Below are positions 57,005 through 64,000 of a DNA stretch of 64,000 nt, one piece after another. The notes under the pieces were generated by a model. The model saw only the letters and a list, made by a program, of their open reading frames with translations. It was not told where the DNA came from and did no database searches. The position numbers and the translations under genes are program-made. Positions within the stretch are counted from its first letter, which is position 1, and every line of letters starts with the position of its first letter. The DNA is from an uncultured Acidobacteriota bacterium (GTDB lineage Bacteria; Acidobacteriota; Vicinamibacteria; Vicinamibacterales; 2-12-FULL-66-21), in NCBI GenBank assembly GCA_963730995.1, contig CAVSUB010000004.1, positions 552,900 through 616,899 of the forward strand, given 5' to 3'.

Positions 57005-58363
57005 ATGGTCCAACGAATTCCCCTTCTGCTCCTCGCTGCATTCCTCCTGCAGCCGGCTCGGGCAGAACGGCCAACCGCATTCTGGAACGTCTCGGCCGTC
57101 GACACCGCGGCCGGGACCTTGCGCGCTGGAATGGTCGTGGAGGTGGCGGATGGTCGTATTACCCGCGTCGCGCGCGCCACCGGCGCCAGGCCGGCGAACG
57201 CCGTGGTCGTGGACGGCGCGGGCAAGTTCCTCATCCCGGGCCTCTGGGATTCCCACGTGCACCTGACGAAGCTGGGCGCGTCCAGCCTGCCGGTGTTCAT
57301 CGCGAACGGTGTGACGTCGGTGCGGGACATGGGCAGCGATCTCGCGGAGGTGTTGCAGTGGCGACGCGACATCGTCTCCGGCACGCGTGTCGGTCCACGC
57401 ATCAAGACCCCGGGGCAGATTCTGGAGTCGGCGGCCAACGTGGAGCGGATGAAGCGAGAAGGCACGGTCGAACCGGTCGACCGCATCCGCGTGTCCGTCG
57501 GTTCCCCTGAGGAAGCGCGGGACGCCGTGACGCGTCTGGCGGATGGCGGTGCAGATTTCCTGAAGGTCCGCACCGTGGCAGACGAGGCCACTCTGCGCGC
57601 GATCGCAGCCGCCGCTCGTTCGCGCGGTCTGCGCCTGACCGGGCACCCAGTCGCATCGCCAGACGTACTTGCCGACATCGGGATCGGCAGCGTGGAGCAC
57701 GTGCTGACGTTCCCGCCGCTCGACATCCCGTTCGCGCAGCGCCGGGCACTTTTCGAACGTATGCGCACCGCCGGCGTTCGCATGGGCACGACGACCGTGA
57801 ATCTGGAACAGTCCGTCCTCGTGCCCTACGACACGGCTGTCGCCCGACTGAACGCGGACCCGCTGCGACGCTATGTGGGCGAGTACCTCGCCTCCGACTG
57901 GACCGAGCAGGTCGAGGAGAAGAAAGGGCCCGAGGCGGCGCGCGCCCTTGAGGATTTCGCGCGGGCCTTACCGAACACCTACCGTGACCTCCGCGAGATG
58001 CACGCCGCAGGCATGGAGTTCCTGGCCGGCAGCGACGCCGCCGTCGTGTTCATGTATCCCGGCTTCAGCCTGCATGGCGAACTGGACAGCCTCGTTCACC
58101 ACGTGGGGTTGACGACCGCGGAGGCGTTGCGGGCGGCGACGATCAACCCTGCCCGCTTTTTCGGTCTGGAGGGCGAGCTTGGCGCCATCCGCCTTGGATA
58201 CCGAGCCGATCTGGTGCTCCTCGAGAGCAACCCCCTGAACGATATTCGCGCCACAGGGCGAATCGCGGGCGTCATGCATGACGGCCGCTGGCTGGACCGA
58301 CATGATCTCGATGCGTTGCTCGAAGCCGCCACGAGGGAGGCGCGTGGTCAAAAAGCACCGTAG
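57005..58363 (+). CDS. secreted amidohydrolase-family metallo-hydrolase
   Basis: Signal peptide MVQRIPLLLLAAFLLQPARA, then GKFLIPGLWDSHVHL (HxH metal site). The C-terminal part reads GAIRLGYRADLVLLESNPL. Confidence 0.8.
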   Translation: MVQRIPLLLLAAFLLQPARAERPTAFWNVSAVDTAAGTLRAGMVVEVADGRITRVARATGARPANAVVVDGAGKFLIPGLWDSHVHLTKLGASSLPVFIANGVTSVRDMGSDLAEVLQWRRDIVSGTRVGPRIKTPGQILESAANVERMKREGTVEPVDRIRVSVGSPEEARDAVTRLADGGADFLKVRTVADEATLRAIAAAARSRGLRLTGHPVASPDVLADIGIGSVEHVLTFPPLDIPFAQRRALFERMRTAGVRMGTTTVNLEQSVLVPYDTAVARLNADPLRRYVGEYLASDWTEQVEEKKGPEAARALEDFARALPNTYRDLREMHAAGMEFLAGSDAAVVFMYPGFSLHGELDSLVHHVGLTTAEALRAATINPARFFGLEGELGAIRLGYRADLVLLESNPLNDIRATGRIAGVMHDGRWLDRHDLDALLEAATREARGQKAP

Positions 58364-58627
58364 GTAGGGCAGCCACGCCGCAGGTCCGAATCCGTAGAAC
58401 CCTGGGCGACTACACAGGAGCAATCCTTAGCTGCGTTGCCCCTTCCTTCGGCAGGCTCGATTCCCGTCCGGCGCACCACTCTTCGAGGGGTTCCCGGCAA
58501 CGATGACGGACCCGAGTGAGCCCACACTTCGACGAGAATCGATAGACGCTGCGCGACTTCTCGTTATTGATTTCCCCGGCACAAAATCTGCCGGCGCAGG
58601 CGGTCTCAGGCTCGCAACGATACGCCA

Positions 58628-58945
58628 ATGCTGATTTCGCTGAGCGGCTTACCAGGAACTGGCAAGACAACCGTAGCAAGCCTCGCGGCCGGGGAATTGA
58701 GCGCGGTCTACTTACGGATCGATTCGAATCGAGCGACCGATGCGTCGAGCGGGTCTTGCGGTCGAAGGCGTTGGATACGAAATCGGGCAGCCGCAGCAGC
58801 GGACAACCTCGCGCTCGGCCGCACCGTCATCGCGGATTGTGTCAACCACTGGCCGCTGACGCGTGATGCATGGCAGCAGGTGGGCCAGCATCGTCATGTT
58901 CGAGTCACCGCGTCTGCCCCGAACGGCAACTGCCGTTTCTCGTGA
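58628..58945 (+). pseudogene. P-loop kinase/AAA-family ATPase, internally frame-disturbed and 3'-truncated
   Basis: The protein starts MLISLSGLPGTGKTTVASLAA (Walker A). A middle stretch only reads family-like in another frame (IERPMRRAGLAVEGVGYEIG), with shifts near 58733 and 58795. NLALGRTVIADCVNHWPLTRDAW follows. The ORF ends early, against the convergent permease. Confidence 0.5.
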
Positions 58946-58947
58946 CT

Positions 58948-61527
58948 CTATTCGATGCGTAACGCCCACATCGGATCCAGTCCCGCCGCGCGCCGTGCCG
59001 GGATGAACGCCGCGACGAGCGTCGCTAGGACGAGTAGCAGCGCGGCGCGTCCCAGCAGCGCCGGGTCCCACGGGCGCACGTCGAACAACCGACTCGCGAT
59101 CAACGCGCCCGAGACGATCGCCGCGGGAATGCCGAGCGCCAATCCGACGCTGACCTGCACGAACGCTCCGCGCAGCACCATCCCGACGACCGACGCCCGG
59201 TCCGCGCCGAGCGCCATGCGCACGCCAATCTCGGCCGTCCGCCGCTCGACGGTGTACGCCGTGATGCCGTAGAGCCCCACGGCTGCGAGCAGGAGCCCGA
59301 TCGCGCCGAACAGCCACGTCAGGCTCGCGATCATGTCTTGCTGCGCGAATTGACGGCGAACGACGTCGGCATATGGTTGGACGCGGCCCATCACGACGTC
59401 CGGAGCGACCGCCGCCAGTTGGTCGCGCACCGCGGCCGCAAGTCCCGGCGGATTGCCGGGCGCCCAGATCACGATGTTGTACAGGTAGTGCGACCAGAGC
59501 TCGCGGCTTTCGAGCTCTCGATCCTGGAACGTCGCGCCCTGCGCTTCCGGCACGAAGTACATCGCCGGCACCGCGTGCAGCGTCGACGGAAAGTAGCGGA
59601 CGTCGGCCGCGACGCCGACGATCTCGTACAACCCGGCGTTTTTCCCCGCCGCAGGGCCGAAGTGCTTGCCGATCGGATTCTCGTTTGGAAAGAACTTCCT
59701 CGCGTACGCTTCGTTGATCACGGCCACGCGGCGCGCGGTAGCGTTGTCGGCGTCGACGATCGGCCGTCCTATGACGATTCGGTCGCCGATGGTTTCGAAG
59801 AAGCTCGGCATCACGCGCGTCCACGCGGACGAGACATCGTCTCTCGGGCCCGGCTCGGGCTGACCCGACATGCGCACGTCATGCGACCAGTAACTGCCGC
59901 TCATCGGCGCGTAGAGCGCCGCGCTCGCGGTGCGCACGCCGGGGAAGGCGCGCAGACGGGTTTCAATCTCGCGGAAGAGCGGGAGCAATTGCTCTTGCGG
60001 CTGGTTGGACAGCTTCGAGTCGATCGACACCAGATAGCGGCCGTCGGCCGCGAAGCCGAGGTTCTGATGCTCCAGATTGTACAGGCTCTGGCCCAACATC
60101 GCGGCCGCGCTCAGCAGCACAACCGAGACGGCCGCTTGCGCGATCGCGAGCGCTTTCTGCGCGCCGGTCGTCTCTGAAGCCGTGCGGGTCGATCCACGCA
60201 TGGCGTCCATCGGGTCGGCGCGCGACGTGATCCACGCCGGCACGATGCCGAAGAGCAGCGCCGTCATCAGCGACACGGCAAGCGCGAACAGCAACACCGG
60301 CATCGAGGGCGCGGCGCTCACCGGAACCCACGCATCCTGGAACGCCAGATGCACGATCAGGCGCGCTCCGGCCCAGGCCACCGCAATGCCGGCGGCGCCG
60401 CCGATGCCGGCGAGCACCGCGCTGTCGATCAGCGCCTCGCGCACGAGCCGCGCGGGCGATGCGCCGATCGCCGCGCGCATCGCCGTCTGGCGCGCGTGCC
60501 TCAAATTGCGCGCGAGGAGAAGGTTCGCAATGTTGGCGCAGGCGAGCAGCAGGACGCAGATCGCGGCGGTCAGCAGCAGCCACAGCCCATCCTCGTATTG
60601 TTCGCGCATCAGCGACACGCCGGCGCCACCCGGTGTGAGATGCAACGTCTGCTCGTTCCACCGCGCGCGGTCATGCGCGCTCATGTCGAGGCGGTGGCTC
60701 GCCAGCCACTGGCGCAGCTCGCCCTGCAGCTGTGCCTCCAGCGTCCGCGGGTTCGTTCCCGGTCGCACCCGCCCGATCAGATCGAGCCAGGCCAGGCCAG
60801 GATTCTCGAGGCGAGACGTCGCGCCGGCGATGAGCGGTTCTGTCGTCAGCGGCAGCCACATGTCAGGCATGTCCGAGGCGGCGACTTTCGCTCCGAAAAA
60901 GCCGGGCGGCGCCACGCCGATGATCGAAAACGCCCGACCGTTGATGTCGAACGGCGCGCCGATGACGGACGGATCGGATCCGTACTTTTCCTGCCACGTA
61001 TGGAAGCTGATCACCGCGACCGGCAGCGCACCCCGCACATCGTCGGCGTCGGTGAACAGACGCCCGCGCCACGCGGAGATCCCGAAGGTTTGGAAGAAAT
61101 TGCCGGACACGAACTCGCCGAGCCGCGACTGCACCGGCTCCCGCGAGCCGGCGCGGCGGACGCCGACGTAGCCGTTACCCGTGCCGACCTGGAACGCGGC
61201 GAGCTGCTCGAACGCGGCGGTGTCGGCGCGGAAACGTTGGTACGCTTCCCACGAGAATAGTGTCCAGTCGTTCTCCGCCGCGTGATTGCTCTGCGTGTAT
61301 CCGGTCGAGTAGCAGCACGTGACGGCGTCGCCGATGCGCCAAAGCTGCTCCGGCTTCGCGACCGCCAGCGATCGCAGCATGACCTGCTGAATCAGGGTGA
61401 AGATCGCGGCCGTCGCGCCGATGCCGAGTGCCAACGTCACGACAGCAGTTGCGGTAAAGCCCGGTGATTTGTTGAATCGCCGCAGCGCGTACTTCACATC
61501 GGCCAGCATGTCGACGAGGGCATTCAT
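58948..61527 (-). CDS. ADOP-family duplicated MacB/FtsX-like permease (second copy)
   Basis: The start is MNALVDMLADVKYALRRFNKSPGFTATAVVTLALGIGATAAIF. The protein has two FtsX halves and ends ...GLDPMWALRIE, like the first copy (...RIDPVEALRLE). Confidence 0.85.
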   Translation of the reverse strand: MNALVDMLADVKYALRRFNKSPGFTATAVVTLALGIGATAAIFTLIQQVMLRSLAVAKPEQLWRIGDAVTCCYSTGYTQSNHAAENDWTLFSWEAYQRFRADTAAFEQLAAFQVGTGNGYVGVRRAGSREPVQSRLGEFVSGNFFQTFGISAWRGRLFTDADDVRGALPVAVISFHTWQEKYGSDPSVIGAPFDINGRAFSIIGVAPPGFFGAKVAASDMPDMWLPLTTEPLIAGATSRLENPGLAWLDLIGRVRPGTNPRTLEAQLQGELRQWLASHRLDMSAHDRARWNEQTLHLTPGGAGVSLMREQYEDGLWLLLTAAICVLLLACANIANLLLARNLRHARQTAMRAAIGASPARLVREALIDSAVLAGIGGAAGIAVAWAGARLIVHLAFQDAWVPVSAAPSMPVLLFALAVSLMTALLFGIVPAWITSRADPMDAMRGSTRTASETTGAQKALAIAQAAVSVVLLSAAAMLGQSLYNLEHQNLGFAADGRYLVSIDSKLSNQPQEQLLPLFREIETRLRAFPGVRTASAALYAPMSGSYWSHDVRMSGQPEPGPRDDVSSAWTRVMPSFFETIGDRIVIGRPIVDADNATARRVAVINEAYARKFFPNENPIGKHFGPAAGKNAGLYEIVGVAADVRYFPSTLHAVPAMYFVPEAQGATFQDRELESRELWSHYLYNIVIWAPGNPPGLAAAVRDQLAAVAPDVVMGRVQPYADVVRRQFAQQDMIASLTWLFGAIGLLLAAVGLYGITAYTVERRTAEIGVRMALGADRASVVGMVLRGAFVQVSVGLALGIPAAIVSGALIASRLFDVRPWDPALLGRAALLLVLATLVAAFIPARRAAGLDPMWALRIE

Positions 61528-61894
61528 CTGTCTCAATTGGACCATCAGGATAGTGAGGCTATGCCCGTCGTCCGGACAGGTCAACTCGTGTCATCGGGAA
61601 CGATAAACGCCGCAGGGATCATCGACCGTGAGTCTGGCGCCCGGACGGTACACGAAGCGGGAGTGATCGCACGTGCGACTACACGGCTGGAGAGGGCAGC
61701 CGAAGGGTCTCGTCAGACGACGCCGAGTTGTAGTCAGATGATCCGGAACACGATCGACGTCGGTCAGGTGAGAGCACCGAGGCGTCGCTGCGATGCCCGC
61801 CTGTTCGCATTGCGCCGCTGACGGCGCTCACACCAATTCAGGGTTCTTCAGGAACCCATCAGGACTCTGTCATTGACAGGCACTACCCTCCAGT

Positions 61895-62380
61895 GTGGAG
61901 GGAAATCAGATGAACATGCTCTCTGTAGCCATTCGTCGTTCGGTCATTATCTTGGTCATCGCCTCTTCGGTGATAGGGATAGCGGTTGCCGCCAGCGCGG
62001 CTGGGGAGTGCGGCGGCGAACTCACTGTCGACGACCGACTCCTCTTTGGGTCTGTCCGCCTGACCACGGGCACGACCGAGGGCCCGATCGCTCGCGTGCT
62101 CGCTCGAGCTGCCAGCGCGAGCCCTGCCGACGGGGTTGCGACACCGCGCATAGTGGACGGCGGGCGGGCACGGCGAGCCGTCCTGCGCACACGAAGTCAG
62201 CCGGCGACGGCGCCGAACCGGTCGTGGGTGAGGCGGCATCCGGTTCTCTTCGGTACACTCGTTGGCGCCGCTGCGGGTGCGGGCCTCGTTCATGCGACGG
62301 TGGGTGCGGAGGCAGCTTTCGTCGGGTTCTACGGCGGCGGGGCTGCGGGAGGTGTGGTCGGGTTGGTCGTGAGCCGGTAG
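61895..62380 (+). CDS. hypothetical secreted/membrane protein with a C-terminal glycine-zipper helix
   Basis: The N-terminal TM/signal is SVIILVIASSVIGIAVAASA. The C-terminus reads LFGTLVGAAAGAGLV...GGGAAGGVVGLVV. No family was recognised. Confidence 0.35.
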   Translation: MEGNQMNMLSVAIRRSVIILVIASSVIGIAVAASAAGECGGELTVDDRLLFGSVRLTTGTTEGPIARVLARAASASPADGVATPRIVDGGRARRAVLRTRSQPATAPNRSWVRRHPVLFGTLVGAAAGAGLVHATVGAEAAFVGFYGGGAAGGVVGLVVSR

Positions 62381-62490
62381 AGACGGCGCAGATTCGTCAA
62401 CCCTTGGCGACTACCCGCGAGCTATCTGTGCCGAGCACCTTCACGACAGGCAAATGTTGTCGGGCCGGCAGGGACTCGTGGCGGCAAAGG

Positions 62491-64000
62491 TTACCGTGAA
62501 GGCCGCGGGCGCCAAACAGCGTCCGGCTTCCATGTGGGGCGGTCCGGTTGTTGGGCGACGCGGTAGCCGACTTCGAGCAGAATCTGGAGGTCTTCCACGG
62601 CGCCGAGTAGATCCCAATCGGGTTTGATCACGTCCGATGCATCGTGGTAGTCGTTCGCGATATAGTCCGCGCGCTTCTTTTGTCCAAAGCCAGCGGGTTT
62701 CCCAACATACTCGACCCCGGGAGCCGTTTCGAGCGAAGGGACGCCGACGCGAGCGAATTCGTAGTGGTCGGAGCGGAAGTAGAAGCCGAACTCCGGGGCT
62801 GTATCTCCCGTAAGGATGCGGCCCTGGCGTTGAACGGCTTCGGCGGTGAGATCGTCCATCGTGGAATTGCCGATGCCAACAATGCTGAAGTCCCTGGTGC
62901 GTCCCCATCCCCAGTTGCTGAAGTAGTCGAGATTGATATTCGCGACGGTAGAGGCGAGAGGATAGAGCGGGTGGTCCACGTAGTAATGCGCGCCCAGTAG
63001 TCCCTTTTCCTCGGCCGTCGGCCAAAGGAAGACCATAGTGCGTTTCGGTCGCGGATTGAGCGAACGAAAGGCACGGGCAAGTTCAAGTACGCCGGCGGTT
63101 CCGGCGGCGTTGTCACTCGCCCCGTGAAAGATCCGATTCCTTTCCCGACCGTGGTGGTCCCAGTGGCCGCTATAAATCACGTACTCGTTCTTGAGAGCCG
63201 GATCACTGCCTTCGATCTTGGCCAGAATGTTCTGCGATTCGAACCTGCGCACCTGGTTGGTCACTGTTATGGTGACGCGCGCAGAGAGTGCGACGGCCCG
63301 GAAGCCGGGCGCGGCGGCCGCGGCGCGTGCTCTTGCGAAATCGTTGCCGGTGGCAGCGAATATCGTGGCGACTTTATCGATGCTGACAAGAGCTTGCGCT
63401 TTTAACTGCCGGCGTTCGTTGCCGTCACGCAGGGTCATGTTCTCGCGCGCGTTGTTTTCCCAAACGTAACGAAACGGCTGGGCGGGCGGAACAAGGAGGA
63501 CTGCGGCTGCTCCGTGGTTGAACGCAGTCGCCAGCTTTGTTCCGTTTCGGCCGTAGACGGTCAGGGCGTTGCCCAAGAAGACTCGTTCGTCGAGTTTGGT
63601 GGAGTCACCGGAGTCGGCGACGGGCGGATCGCCGGTGATGACGATGACAGTCTTGCCCTTTACATCAACACCGGCGTAGTCGTTCCATTTGTATTCGGGC
63701 GCCACGACTCCGTAGCCGGCAAAGACGACGTCGGAATCACGGACTTCGATCCGCTCGTCAGGCAAATTCGACCACAGGACAAAGTCCTCAGCCGGCGACA
63801 TCGGAATGTCCTCGCCGCTAACGGTGATCGCGAGGCTGCCTCGCGAGCGGGTACCGTACAAAGGCACCTTCTGCACAAAGCCGCCTGCCGGTGTGCCAGG
63901 CTGGAGGCCGATGCCTTTGATCTGCGAGATGACATATGCGACGCTTTTTTCCTCGCCAGGAGTGCCCGGCAGGCGGCCGTCGTATGCGTCAGAGGAAAGT
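62491..64000 (-). CDS. M28-family aminopeptidase (with PA domain), 5' end beyond the right edge
   Basis: SGHWDHHG, HGASDNAAGTAGVLELARAF and LWPTAEEKGLLGAHYY are the M28 metal ligands. The frame stays open from 63876 to 64000 (...DGRLPGTPGEEKSVAYVISQIKGIGLQP...). Confidence 0.8.
   Translation of the reverse strand, partial: LSSDAYDGRLPGTPGEEKSVAYVISQIKGIGLQPGTPAGGFVQKVPLYGTRSRGSLAITVSGEDIPMSPAEDFVLWSNLPDERIEVRDSDVVFAGYGVVAPEYKWNDYAGVDVKGKTVIVITGDPPVADSGDSTKLDERVFLGNALTVYGRNGTKLATAFNHGAAAVLLVPPAQPFRYVWENNARENMTLRDGNERRQLKAQALVSIDKVATIFAATGNDFARARAAAAAPGFRAVALSARVTITVTNQVRRFESQNILAKIEGSDPALKNEYVIYSGHWDHHGRERNRIFHGASDNAAGTAGVLELARAFRSLNPRPKRTMVFLWPTAEEKGLLGAHYYVDHPLYPLASTVANINLDYFSNWGWGRTRDFSIVGIGNSTMDDLTAEAVQRQGRILTGDTAPEFGFYFRSDHYEFARVGVPSLETAPGVEYVGKPAGFGQKKRADYIANDYHDASDVIKPDWDLLGAVEDLQILLEVGYRVAQQPDRPTWKPDAVWRPRPSR

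Noticed and set aside
58403-58478. Possible complete tRNA gene ending in CACCA
   Set aside because: There is no complementary 5' acceptor strand and no D or anticodon arms. Only the 3' third looks tRNA-like, so it was not called as a tRNA.
54300-61600. attR, a direct repeat of the tRNA-Asn 3' end that would close the island
   Set aside because: I did not find it by eye in this stretch. Absence cannot be proven without a computed repeat search, so the island end is left open.

Overview
GC-rich bacterial chromosomal window with about 60 coding regions, one tRNA and one SRP RNA. Two ADOP-type duplicated MacB-like permeases, PadR partner genes and a PVC/acidobacterial-type dehydrogenase-HEAT protein suggest an Acidobacteria-like soil organism; this rests on family knowledge only, with no search run.

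Layout, left to right:
- 1-5.5 kb (minus strand): a four-gene porin-cytochrome electron conduit, made of a DmsE/MtrA-type decahaem, an MtrB/PioB-type porin, a monohaem cytochrome c and a NapC/NirT-type hexahaem. It abuts a truncated ECF sigma gene.
- 5.6-11.8 kb: a divergent selenocysteine formate dehydrogenase operon, with an FdnG-like subunit carrying an in-frame UGA, an FdnH-like Fe-S subunit fused to an NrfD-like membrane domain, and FdhE.
- 12-31 kb: mixed metabolism and regulators (PPK2, MBL hydrolases, HTH-TOBE regulator, matrixin, DUF1080, M3 peptidase, PadR + ADOP permease, cytochrome c-sugar dehydrogenase, amidase).
- 31.5-37 kb: xfp-pgm-ackA.
- 37-40 kb: a cupredoxin-fused dehydrogenase/HEAT protein.
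- 40.3-43.3 kb: SRP RNA-dnaX-ybaB-recR.
- 43.5-48 kb: a cluster of NTP-transferase, CDP-alcohol phosphatidyltransferase and flippase-like domains.
- 52.4 kb onward: tRNA-Asn with integrase and excisionase, followed by PadR/TonB-C genes, an amidohydrolase, a second ADOP permease and an M28 peptidase.

Two window-wide features stand out:
- Reading-frame breaks are clustered in a few loci, and several sit in G/C homopolymer runs. These may be assembly errors rather than true pseudogenes.
- The intergenic regions are rich in repeats: heptamer tandem arrays arranged as inverted pairs, GTAG-headed REP-like palindromes, and an approximately 80-nt inverted pair around osmC.

No CRISPR array and no recognisable defence system were seen. 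All calls come from reading the sequence and from remembered family signatures.
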